Origin: Flectonema sp. DT1601
Taxonomy: Eukaryota
Direction: 5' to 3'
NCBI GenBank assembly: GCA_964019425.1
Contig: OZ025783.1
Span: 496,001 to 560,000 of the forward strand
Length of the DNA stretch: 64,000 bases
How positions within the stretch are numbered: position 1 is the first letter of the stretch; every line of letters starts with the position of its first letter. Shown here piece after piece: positions 13,051 through 25,078 of the stretch. A program made the position numbers and the translations under genes. The notes beneath the pieces were generated by a model that saw only the letters and a list, made by a program, of their open reading frames with translations, did not search any database and was not told the DNA's origin.

Positions 13051-14010
13051 TTTATAATTTTTTTTTTATTTGTTTTATTTGTTTTTAAAAAAAAAAAAAA
13101 AAAAACAAGCGGAATTGATCATAATGGGTGGTAGGGGTTGTTATAACTTCGTTTGAAAATTCTTCATTTTTGATTTCTTTTTTTTTTTTTCTTTTTATAG
13201 GAGTTAAGATCACTTTCAGGAGACAACACATGAACAAGAGCAGCAAGCAGAGTTGACACTAACAATTCAAATTTGAAATACCGGGAATTAATTTACAAGG
13301 AGGTATCTCAAGTGACTTGGTATCTCTAGCGTGTCGGTATCTCTGGAGTGCTGGTATCTCGTATGTGCGTTGGTATCTCATGAGTGATGGTATCTCTTGT
13401 GCATTAGAAAAACGAAAAAGAATGTCATGACCATGACGGAAGAATTGAGGAATTGAGTTAACATGTTCAATTTAACTTATTTAAACTTTTTTTTTTTTAA
13501 CAGACCGTAACTATTTGAAAATAAAATGTAGATGGGAAACAGTGAAAAGTAAAATGGATGATAAAATTAATTGAGAAATATGACATAACAGACCAGATAG
13601 AGAGTATTAAAAGGAAAATGAAAAGGAAAAGAGAAACTAGGTTAACACTTATTTAAATTAAGACCGGTTAGTCAGTTTAAGGTCCTGACTAGGACCAACA
13701 AAAAAGAAAGAAAAAAAATTAACGATCAAGCTGAGCTGATCTTGTTTTTATTACAAATAGGGGAGCGGGAGGGATGGAAGGAATAGAGGAAAAAAAAAAA
13801 AAAAGGTTGATCAATTGGATCTGATCGTCGAGAAGAAGAAATTATTTTAAAGGTTGATCGGTATAGCCGATCGTTGAGAAAAATAAACAGATATAAATAC
13901 AATCAGTTTAAATTAAAAGAGAAAAAAAGAGAGAAAGATTAACGATCAAGCTGAGCTGATCTTGTTTTTATTTAAAATTAGGGGAGCGGGAGGGATGGAA
14001 GGAATAAAGG

Positions 14011-15708
14011 TGAAGAAAACATACACAAAGAACACACTGTAAGCTGTGTGTGTATTTTGTGTTTGTCACAACAGGAGAGAAAAGAAAGAATGTCAAGGTT
14101 GGTCACCTTGCCTATCAACGCACAACATTGGTGGTCTCTACTAGACCCTGAGTGATCCCACTGGATCTCTCATCGTTCATAGTACCCTGTGTGAAGTTAT
14201 AAAATCAAAGGTAAACTATGAACTACAAATGACTTAGCCTGTTATTATAATGCCACAGGCAGGCCCTGCATTCAGCAACTATCCAGCAGTGCTTGAATGT
14301 CCTGATCTTCTTCTAAAAAAAAGAAAGAAAAACAAAACTGTAGCTGGGATCACTCAGGATCAACAGACTACCAATGCTACCTGTTGTACTTGCTCACTAT
14401 GGGGGGTGATGCCAAACACCCAGAAGTACTAAACTGCTTTCCTTCTTGCTGCCCAGGGGTTTCTGACCAGAACTAATAGAAAATAAAAACAGATGGGAAA
14501 CAATAAAAAGTAAAATGAATATAACTGAAGTTAAACAAGAATGTTGGTCCTAGACAAGACCTTAAACTGACTAACCGGTCTTAATTTTAACTAAGTGTTA
14601 ACCTAGTTTCCTAGTTTCTAATATGAAATCTTTTTCTTTTTCTTTCTTTTTGAACAAAATGTAATTATTAGTGTAAAAAAATGAAGAAACAGACCAGAAC
14701 AGATAGAGAATAAAAAAGAAAAGATAATTGCAAGAGTTATTGTAGTAAAAGATTACAAATAAAAAAAAATGCAAGTATCAACACATGATCGAGATACACC
14801 AGCAGCTAACAAACAACATAAAATTGAAGATCAGTTGCCAGAGTATTTCAACCATGGTAGAATACTCGCCCCTCTGGCAGGGATTATCCCAGACTTGTCC
14901 TTTAATTTAGTTGGACACCATGGCTTACAACCCTTCCAGAGGGAAGCACCATTATGACTTCTATTTTTTTTCTTCAAGAAAATCATAAGGTGGGAACAAA
15001 GAAAAATGCTAAGAGGAACCCCCTATTAACACCTAAGACATCTAAACTGCAGCCCAGCCTATGCCCAATGCACTAACAGGTCATTCCCTCACACTCAGAT
15101 CAAAAAATCAAAGTTCAGAGTGCATCTTAGCGTGAATGAGAGAATTTCCTCCCGCTTATTTTGAACAAAAGGGATAGGAGAAGGGATAGAAAACGAACAT
15201 AAAAATAAAATTCTAAGTGAGAAACACTTAGCAGAAACACTTAGCAGCTTTTTAGGAGCTGAAAAGCAAAAAAAAAATCTAAGTGAGAAACACTTAGTAG
15301 AAACAATTTGTAGCTAATTAAGCTGAAAATAAAAAAATAAAAAATTTCTAAGTGAGAAATACTTAGCAACTTTTAGAACAAATATTTCAGTAAATAACCT
15401 GTAATGATTAAACCATTACAAGTTTGATGCCAAAACTGACAAAGACTGAGTTGAATTTCCAGGTGAGATTTGGACTGTTAGCTTTTGGCTAAGGCCCTCC
15501 CTGAAGAGCAAGAACAAAAAAACTACTCACACCTGAAGAAAACATACACAAAGAACACACTGTAAGCTGTGTGTGTATTTTGTGTTTGTCACAACAGGAG
15601 AGAAAAGAAAGAATGTCAAGGTTGGTCACCTTGCCTATCAACGCACAACATTGGTGGTCTCTACTAGACCCTGAGTGATCCCACTGGATCTCTCATCGTT
15701 CATAGTAC
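14011..15708 (-). repeat. Family A tandem array, right part
   Basis: Continues the unit broken at 3652 and ends ...catagtac|, joined to ctctctatctgg. This is the continuation of the S inner sequence broken at 343 (compare intact ctttattactctctatctgg at ~8540). Confidence 0.9.
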
Positions 15709-16898
15709 CTCTCTATCTGGTCTGTTATGTCATAAATCTCATTTAATTTTATCATTCATTTTAATTTTCACTGTTTCCCATCTACATTTTATTTTCAAAT
15801 AGTTCCGGTCTGTCTCTGATGATAAATAAAACTGATCATGTTAACTCAATATTTTTTTTTATTATGTGCAAGAGATACCAACACGCAAGAGATACCAACG
15901 CACATACGAGATACCAGCACTTCCGAGATACCGACACACAAGAGATACCAAGACACTTAAGATACCAGCAAGGACAGTGAGAGGTAGAATGAACTCTCCT
16001 CCTTGTGTCCGATCCTGATTATTTTTTGTTGAATTGGTAGTGTTACCTCATTTTGCTACTCTCGTATCTGTGTTGTGTTAACTCATGTAAGTGATCTTAA
16101 CTCCTGTTAAATAAAAAATAAAATTTCAAAAAAAAAGAAATTAAAAAAGAAGAATTTTCAAATGAAGTTATATCAACCCCTGCCACCCATTATGATCAAT
16201 TCCGCTTGTTTTTTTTTTTTTTTTTTTTTTCTTCTTTCTTTTCTTCAAATATAAAAAAAAAATTAAAAAATATAAAAGATGAAACAATGTTATCATTGTT
16301 TTTTTTATCGATCGACTATGTCGATTACTTCCAGTTTTCCGTCCTGGTCAAGACGCTAAACTGATTGTTTTTTTTTTTTTTTTTTTAAAAAATTAATAAA
16401 AAGAATATAAAAAAAAAAAAAAAAAGAATAAACAATGTTATCATTGTTTTTTTTTTTTATCGTTCGACTTTGTCGACTAATTTCTATTTTCCGTTTCTTT
16501 TCTTTAAATAATAAATAAAAAGAATTTAAAATAAAAAAAAAGAATAAACAATGTTATCATTGTTTTTTTATCGATCGACTATGTCGATCACTTTCTATTT
16601 TCCGTCCTGGTCAAGACGCTAAACTGATTGTTTTTTTTTCAAAATTAATAAAAAAGAATAAAAAAAAAAAAAAAAAAAAAGAATAAACAATGTTATCATT
16701 GTTTTTTTTATCGTTCGACTTTGTTGACTAATTTCTATTTTCCGTTTTTTTTCTTTAAAAAATAAATAAAAAGAATTTAAAATAAAAAAAAAGAATAAAC
16801 AATGTTATCATTGTTTTTTTATCGATCGACTATGTCGATCACTTTCTATTTTCCGTCCTGGTCAAGACGCTAAACTGATTGTTTTTTTTTCAAAATTA

Positions 16899-17324
16899 CT
16901 GTAAAGGGAAATATTCTTGTGGGGAAAAACCCGCGAGTTTTTTTTATTTTTTCTAAATCCGCGAGAATTTTTCCCCGCGAGAGTATTTCCCTGCCAGCAT
17001 ACATTTTTATACAGCCATTTTTTTAGTTCCTTTTTGTGAAGAAAATACATGTGTTACAAAGGAAAGTTACAGCAAAAATTATTTTCATTATGCAGCATGG
17101 TTGTTTTAGATGTGTTTGCTGGAAAATAATTCTTTTTTCCAGCTTGCACTTGATGATTCCTCACATTCTTGCACACTTTTGCAAAAGTCCTCTGTGGCAG
17201 GGAAATATTCTTGTGGGGAAAAACCCGCGAGTTTGAAAAAAAATCCCCAAATCCGCGAGAATATTTCCCCACGGGAATATTTCCCCGCAGGAATATTTCC
17301 CCGCGAGAATATTCCCCTTTACAG
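16899..17324. mobile_element. Tc1/mariner-superfamily MITE (426 bp)
   Basis: TIRs ctgtaaaggg(a/g)aatattct. TA duplicated on both sides of satellite site caaaatTAataaaa. Internal repeats (g/a)aatatt(t)cccc. Confidence 0.9.
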
Positions 17325-17344
17325 TAATAAAAAAGAATATAAAA

Positions 17345-18102
17345 CATAGATGGAAGTGCCCTCCAAATTTGGAGGGCGCCTGGTGAAAATCAGCCACAAA
17401 AATTTGTAGGGCCAAAATAGGGCCATTGTAGGGCCAAAATAGGGCCAAAATAGGGCGCTGGAGGGCGCGTAGGGCGCTTTTTTAATTAAATTTAATATAA
17501 TGCCGAGCTCATTTTGACACACCCCTGCCCTCAGCGAGGTCGAATCGCATCTTATTTGACTTTTCTCCGGTTCGCCCGATCAAATGCGTCTCTGGGATAT
17601 CAGTTTACTTGCCACCAGTAAACTTCTTTTTTTTCTCACAAGGTACCGTGAAGACCGGCCTATTAACAGGTTAGCAAGAACGCACTCTCCCTCCTCGAAT
17701 CCCTCTATATTCGACTTGGTGCATTCTGCGGGCTAATCAGCTCCTTGTAGATCTGGGATGCATCGTCCACTGAAATGAGTTTCAGCTTCAGGGATTGCAG
17801 CTCTCAAGGAGTGGTCCATTGTTTTTGCCATTGTTGACCGTCGAACCATGACCTGGAGGTCTCGGGTTCGAACCCCGTGACACCCTTTTTTCTCTTTTTC
17901 GAAAGACTGCCAAGCATGTCAAAAAAAATTTTTTTGGCTTCTGCGTCAAAATACTTGTGCGTCAGTGTAAGTCCCTGTCAATTTAGCTGTCTTATAGTAA
18001 TAAAAAAGGAAAAAAAAAGCGCCCTCCAAAATAATATTTATATTAAAAGCGCCCTACAAGCGCCCTACACGCCCTCCAAATTGTAGGGCACTTCCATCTA
18101 TG
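17345..18102. mobile_element. Non-autonomous DNA transposon, CATAG termini, 6-bp TSD (copy 1)
   Basis: TIR catagatggaagtgccct, TSD ataaaa, subterminal agggc repeats. Confidence 0.9.
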
Positions 18103-20474
18103 ATAAAAAAAAAAAAAAAAAAAGAATAAACAATGTTATCATTGTTTTTTTTTTATCGTTCGACTTTGTCGACTAATTTCTATTTTCCGTTTCTTTTCTT
18201 TAAAGAATAAATAAAAAGAATTTAAAATAAAAAAAAAAAAAAAAAATAAACAATGTTATCATTGTTTTTTTATCGATCGACTATGTCGATCACTTTCTAT
18301 TTTCCGTCCTGGTCAAGACGCTAAACTGATTGTTTTTTTTTTCAAAATTAATAAAAAAGAATATAAAAAAATACAAAAAAAAGAATAAACAATGTTATCA
18401 TTGTTTTTTTTTATCGTTCGACTTTGTCGACTAATTTCTATTTTCCGTTTTTTTTTTCTTTAAAAAATAAATAAAAAGAATTTAAAATAAAAAAAAAAGA
18501 ATAAACAATGTTATCATTGTTTTTTTATCGATCGACTATGTCGATCACTTTCTATTTTCCGTCCTGGTCAAGACGCTAAACTGATTGTTTTTTTTTTTTT
18601 TTCAAAATTAATAAAAAAGAATATTAAAAAAAATACAAAAAAAAAAAGAATAAACAATGTTATCATTGTTCTTTTTTATCGTTCGACTTTGTCGACTAAT
18701 TTCTATTTTCCGTTTCTTTTCTTTAAAGAATAAATAAAAAGAATTTAAAATAAAAAAAAAGAATAAACAATGTTATCATTGTTTTTTTTTTATCGATCGA
18801 CTATGTCGATCACTTTCTATTTTCCGTCCTGGTCAAGACGCTAAACTGATTGTTTTTTTTTTCAAAATTAATAAAAAAGAATATAAAAAAATACAAAAAA
18901 AAAGAATAAACAATGTTATCATTGTTTTTTTTATCGTTCGACTTTGTCGACTAATTTCTATTTTCCGTTTTTTTTTTTCTTTAAAAAATAAATAAAAAGA
19001 ATTTAAAATAAAAAAAAAGAATAAACAATGTTATCATTGTTTTTTTTATCGATCGACTATGTCGATCACTTTCTATTTTCCGTCCTGGTCAAGACGCTAA
19101 ACTGATTGTTTTTTTTTTTTCAAAATTAATAAAAAAGAATATTAAAAAAAATACAAAAAAAAAAAGAATAAACAATGTTATCATTGTTTTTTTTTTTATC
19201 GTTCGACTTTGTCGACTAATTTCTATTTTCCGTTTTTTTTCTTTAAAAAATGAATAAAAAGAATTCAAAATAAAAAAAAAGAATAAACAATGTTATCATT
19301 GTTTTTTTTATCGATCGACTATGTCGATTACTTTCTATTTTCCGTCCTGGTCAAGACGCTAAACTGATTGTTTTTTTTTTCAAAATAAAAAAAAAATATT
19401 AAAAAAAAAAAATAAAAAAAAAAGAATAAACAATGTTATCATTGTTTTTTTTTTATCGTTCGACTTTGTTGACTAATTTCTATTTTCCGTTTTTTTTCTT
19501 TAAAAAATAAATAAAAAGAATTTAAAAAAAAAAAAAAAAAAAAGAATAAACAATGTTATCATTGTTTTTTTTATCGATCGACTATGTCGATTACTTTCTA
19601 TTTTCCGTCCTGGTCAAGACGCTAAACTGATTGTTTTTTTTTCAAAATTAATAAAAAAGAATATAAAAAAATACAAAAAAAGAATAAACAATGTTATCAT
19701 TGTTTTTTTTATCGATCGACTATGTCGATTACTTTCTATTTTCCGTCCTGGTCAAGACGCTAAACTGATTGTTTTTTTTTTCAAAATAAAAAAAAAATAT
19801 TAAAAAAAAAAAAATAAAAAAAAAAGAATAAACAATGTTATCATTGTTTTTTTTTATCGTTCGACTTTGTTGACTAATTTCTATTTTCCGTTTTTTTTCT
19901 TTAAAAAATTAATAAAAAGAATTTAAAAAAAAAAAAAAAAAAAAGAATAAACAATGTTATCATTGTTTTTTTTATCGATCGACTATGTCGATTACTTTCT
20001 ATTTACCGTCCTGGTCAAGACGCTAAACTGATTGTTTTTTTTTCAAAATTAATAAAAAAGAATATGAGAGGATGCCAAAAGTAGGGTACCATTTTGTACC
20101 ACGGGTAACTGCCGGCCTCTAAATCTTGGTCTGAGCACTTTTTTGGCCCACTCTGTATATTAGAAAACTCAATTCCGGGTCTGGGATACAACTTTACTTA
20201 TCACCAGTTCAAAAATTCTGCAATTTTTAGGGGAAATTGACTGTATTACTGTGTTATGTTTTATCGATCGACTATGTCGATTACTTTCTATTTTCCGTCC
20301 TGGTCAAGACGCTAAACTGATTGTTTTTTTTTCAAAATTAATAAAAAAGAATATAAAAAAATACAAAAAAAAGAATAAACAATGTTATCATTGTTTTTTT
20401 TTATCGTTCGACTTTGTCGACTAATTTCTATTTTCCGTTTTTTTTTCTTTAAAAAATAAATAAAAAGAATTTAA

Positions 20475-21587
20475 CATAGATGGAAGTGCCCTACAATTTG
20501 GAGGGCGTGTAGGGCGCTTGTAGGGCGCTTTTAATATAAATATTATTTTGGAGGGCGCTTTTTTTTTCCTTTTTTATTACTATAAGACAGCTAAATTGAC
20601 GTCGACTTACACTGACGCACAAGTATTTTGACGCAGAAGCAAAAAAAAAATTTTGACATGCTTGGCAGTCTTTCGAAAAAGATAAAAAAGGGTGTCGGGG
20701 TTCGAACCCGAGACCTCCAGGTCATGGTTCGGAGGTCAACAATGGCAAAAACAATGGGCTACTCCTTGAGAGCTTCCGGAGCCTGCTGCAATCCCTGAAG
20801 CTGAAACTCAGTTCAGTGGACGATGCATCCCAGATCTACAAGGAGCTGATTAGCCCGCAGAATGCACCGAGTCGAATATAGAGGGATTCGAGGAGGGAGA
20901 GTGCGTTCTTGCTAACCTGTTAATAGGCCGGTCTTCACGGTACCTTGTGAGAAAAAAAAAGAAGTTTACTGGTGGCAAGTAAACTGATATCCCAGAGACG
21001 CATTTGATCAGGCGAACCGGAGAAAAGTCAAATAAGATGCGATTCGACCCTCGCTGAGGGCAGGGGTGTGTCAAAATGAGCTCGGCATTATATTAAATTA
21101 AAGGGCCTGCCTGTGGCATTATAATAACAGGCTAAGTCATTTGTAGTTCATAGTTTACCTTTGATTTTATAACTTCACACAGGGTACTATGAACGATGAG
21201 AGATCCAGTGGGATCACTCAGGGTCTAGTAGAGACCACCAATGTTGTGCGTTGATAGGCAAGGTGACCAACCTTGACATTCTTTCTTTTCTCTCCTGTTG
21301 TGACAAACACAAAATACACACACAGCTTACAGTGTGTTCTTTGTGTATGTTTTCTTCAGGTGTGGGTAGTTTTTTTGTTCTTGCTCTTCAGGGAGGGCCT
21401 TAGCCAAAAGCTAACAGTCCAAATCTCACCTGGAAATTCAACTCAATTAAAAAAGCGCCCTACGCGCCCTCCAGCGCCCTATTTTGGCCCTATTTTGGCC
21501 CTACAATGGCCCTATTTTGGCCCTACAAATTTTTGTGGCTGATTTTCACCAGGCGCCCTCTAAATTTGGAGGGCACTTCCATCTATG
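20475..21587. mobile_element. CATAG-terminal transposon, copy 2 (inverted relative to copy 1)
   Basis: Same TIRs, TSD atttaa. Contains a family A insertion absent from copy 1. Confidence 0.9.
21102..21444 (+). mobile_element. Truncated family A insertion (343 bp)
   Basis: Ends ...cacctggaaattcaactc. The empty site is seen in copy 1 at ~17481-17500. Confidence 0.85.
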
Positions 21588-22123
21588 ATTTAAAATAAAA
21601 AAAAAAAAAAGAATAAACAATGTTATCATTGTTTTTTTATCGATCGACTATGTCGATTACTTTCTATTTTCCGTCCTGGTCAGGACGCTAAACTGATTGT
21701 TTTTTTTTTCAAAATTAATAAAAAAGAATATAAAAAAAATAAAAAAAAAAAGAATAAACAATGTTATCATTGTTTTTTTTTATCGTTCGACTTTGTTGAC
21801 TAATTTCTATTTTCCATTTTTTTTCTTTTTAAAAAATAAATAAAAAGAATTAAAATAAAAAAAAAAAAAAAAGAATAAACAATGTTATCATTGTTTTTTT
21901 TATCGATCGACTATGTCGATTACTTTCTATTTTCCGTCCTGGTCAGGACGCTAAACTGATTGTTTTTTCTTTAAAAATAAATAAAAAGAATAAAAAAAAA
22001 AAAAAAGGAATAAACAATGTTATCATTGTTTTTTTTTTATCGATCGACTATGTCGATTACTTACTATTTTCCGTCCTGGTCAAGACGCTAAACTGATTGT
22101 TTTTTCTTTAAAATAATTAAAAA

Positions 22124-22156
<33 letters not shown>

Positions 22157-22350
22157 AATAAACAATGTTATCAGAGTTTTTTTTTCTATCGATCAACTAT
22201 GTCGATTAATTTCTATTTTCCGTCCTGATCGAGACTAAACTGATTGTTTCCTTTTTTTAAATAATAAATAAGAAAAAAAAAAAAAAAAAAAAAAAAAGAG
22301 CATCTCCCTGCTATCCCTCATATCCCCACAATAATATTATACCTTTTCAT

Positions 22351-22435
22351 TGGGCCTAAAAAAAGAAAGTTTACATCGGGAATAGGGCAGGAGCCAAAAG
22401 CTCCCAGTCCGTTACTTCCCACCTTTTCGAAATTC
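22351..22435 (+). mobile_element. Minimal family S insertion (~85 bp; terminal stem-loop only)
   Basis: Interrupts accttttcattttctctttcc of another S terminal unit and ends cgaaattc. Confidence 0.8.
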
Positions 22436-22568
22436 TCTTTCCTTTTCTGGTCTTTTTTTTTTCTTTTTTTTCCTTTTTCATACAACGTTTTTTATTTATA
22501 TATATATATTTTTTTTTTTTTTTTTTTTTTCATGTTTGATTATTTCCTCTTCATTTTTTTTTTTCTTC

Positions 22569-22599
<31 letters not shown>

Positions 22600-23054
22600 C
22601 CTCTGCCTCTCTCTTAATTCTGTTCGTTTCTTTGAAACGAAAATTCATTTGAATATTATTCCTTGGTCAGCAACCATCATTGTCGCCCTTTGGGCCTGTT
22701 AAAAAAAATAAAAATAAAAAGAAAGTTTACATCGGGAATAGGGCAGGAGCCAAAAGCTCCCAGTCCGTTACTTCCCACTTTATCGAAATTCGTACACACA
22801 CAGGGGGCAGGTTTACTTCACATATCAGACTTCTGCAATTAGATGCATTGTTCTCCGTGGCTGTCGGACTCCATATCCTGGGCAAGCAGACCCATCCCCA
22901 TCCGGTGAATTTAGAAACTGCATGCCAAAATTAATACGTAAGTTTTGGCACAAGCAGCGAAGCTAAGAGGACTGATGATGGACTGATATTGATCATTCGT
23001 GTGCATTCTGCACCTACACTAACTTACTAATAATGTTGTACACACTTACGTTTT

Positions 23055-23552
23055 TTAAGGGGTTACACTGCTACTTGAATCAGAGCTTTCGGATTCAGAA
23101 CGACGATCTGGACAATTTCGGAGATCATGAGTAAGAGAGCTGCACTGGCTGCATTGGCGCTTCTTTCTAACAGGCTTCTCGGGGGCACTTTTCCGTTTGC
23201 AGGCTCGTTGTTGGATTGTGGGCTCCCTGTCTAACCTTTCAAAGAGGGCTTCTTTTCTTGCTCGTTTATTCTTCAGGGAATCGATATGCTGGCTGTGCTC
23301 TATCTCTTCAGACTTGTTGTTGTCCGCGGTTGTGTCAAGGTGTAGATCCAATAAACTCTTCTCAGCTCTAGTAAGGGGAAGCTTATCTGATATTTTGGGC
23401 TTGTGGTTCAGTAGCAAAGTAGCCTTACCTCCATCAAGTGCAAATTGCTGGTTTTCGTCAGAGAAAGCTGTGATATATATCTGACCTGAAGTATCCTTTC
23501 GGTAGGTGGGGATGCTGGTTACGGCTGGGATGCGGAGGTTCTGCACACTCAC
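23055..23552 (-). pseudogene. Probable transposase C-terminal remnant with CCHC zinc knuckle
   Basis: Basic NLS-like stretch followed by CSQCSSLTHDLRNCP. Lies inside the GAG-TIR element. No ATG start and no catalytic domain seen. Confidence 0.55.
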
Positions 23553-24422
23553 TTCTTGCTCTTCAAAGAAGAGGAATACAGGTGTTGTGTCGCTGAGCGC
23601 GGAGTACGCCTGCCACCTCGGTGAGGGTACGCACCGGTGCCCACTCTCGATGAGGTCTGGATGACATTTGATATGCTGCCGAAATGCCTGTCACAGTGGC
23701 TCTCGTTCTAGAGTATCCTTAATTGTCATTGTTATTTGTGAAGCTGTGATTCAAGCGAGTGACACTCTCCTACTACTACCTTACAAATTGGTCTCAACTG
23801 TGCACACACATCTTACAGTGTAATACAGTCAATTTCCCCTAAAAATTGCAGAATTTTTGAACTGGTGATAAGTAAAGTTGTATCCCAGACCCGGAATTGA
23901 GTTTTCTAATATACAGAGTGGGCCAAAAAAGTGCTCAGACCAAGATTTAGAGGCTGGCAGTTACCCGTGGTACAAAATAGGCCCTACTTTTGGCACGTCC
24001 TCATATAAAAAAATACAAAAAAAAGAATAAACAATGTTATCATTGTTTTTTTTTATCGTTCGACTTTGTCGACTAATTTCTATTTTCCGTTTTTTTTTCT
24101 TTAAAAAATAAATAAAAAGAATTTAAAATAAAAAAAAAAAAAAGAATAAACAATGTTATCATTGTTTTTTTATCGATCGACTATGTCGATTACTTTCTAT
24201 TTTCCGTCCTGGTCAAGACGCTAAACTGATTGTTTTTTTTTTCAAAATTAATAAAAAAGAATATAAAAAAAATAAAAAAAAAAAGAATAAACAGTGTTAT
24301 CATTGTTTTTTTTTATCGTTCGACTTTGTTGACTAATTTCTATTTTCCATTTTTTTTCTTTTTAAAAAAATAAATAAAAAGAATTAAAATAAAAAAAAAA
24401 AAAAAAGAATAAACAATGTTAT

Positions 24423-24681
24423 TTGATTATTTCCTCTTCATATTTTTTTTTCTATTCTTTCTTTTTTTTTTTTTTTTTTTTTTTTCTCTGCCTCTCTCTC
24501 AATTCTGTTCGTTTCTTTGAAACGAAAATTCATTTGAATATTATTCCTTGGTCAGCAACCATCATTGTCGCCCTTTGGGCCTGTTAAAAAAAAAAAAAAA
24601 AAAATAAAAAGAAAGTTTACATCGGGAATAGGGCAGGAGCCAAAAGCTCCCAGTCCGTTACTTCCCACTTTATCGAAATTC
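24423..24681 (+). mobile_element. Truncated family S insertion (~260 bp)
   Basis: Replaces ~20 bp of a satellite monomer (aaacaatgttat|...gaaattc|cgactatgtcg). Confidence 0.8.
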
Positions 24682-25046
24682 CGACTATGTCGATTACTTT
24701 CTATTTTCCGTCCTGGTCAGGACGCTAAACTGATTGTTTTTTCTTTAAAAATAAATAAAAAGAATAAAAAATAAAAAAAAAGGAATAAACAATGTTATCA
24801 TTGTTTTTTTTTTATCGATCGACTATGTCGATTACTTACTATTTTCCGTCCTGGTCAAGACGCTAAACTGATTGTTTTTTCTTTAAAATAATTAAAAAGA
24901 TTTAAAAAAAAAAAAAAAAAAAAAATGAATAAACAATGTTATCATAGTTTTTTTTTCTATCGATCAACTATGTCGATTAATTTCTATTTTCCGTCCTGAT
25001 CGAGACGCTAAACTGATTGTTTCCTTTTTTTAAAATAATAAATAAG

Positions 25047-25078
<32 letters not shown>

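Larger units (their letters stand above)
3653..14010 (-). mobile_element. Family S element (satellite-bearing), 10.4 kb including nested insertions, inserted in family A
   Basis: Family A breaks at ...actactcacac|3652 and resumes at 14011|tgaagaaaac (intact: ctcacacctgaagaaaac), so 1 bp is lost and there is no TSD. The terminal stem-loop is at the 3653 end and the truncated end is at 14010. Confidence 0.8.
20066..24002. mobile_element. DNA transposon with ~184-bp TIRs, GAG termini, 4-bp TSD (Sola2-like termini), interrupted by an S copy
   Basis: 20066-20249 is the near-perfect reverse complement of 23820-24002. TSD atat at 20062-20065 and 24003-24006. An S copy occupies ~20257-22791. Confidence 0.8.

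Noticed and set aside
21096..21450. 6-bp TSD aattaa around the A insertion
   Set aside because: The empty site in copy 1 already reads tattaaatttaattaaaa, so the apparent duplication largely pre-exists.
22733..22791. SECIS element
   Set aside because: It has an A-rich apical loop but lacks the AUGA/GA quartet and the proper helix II length.
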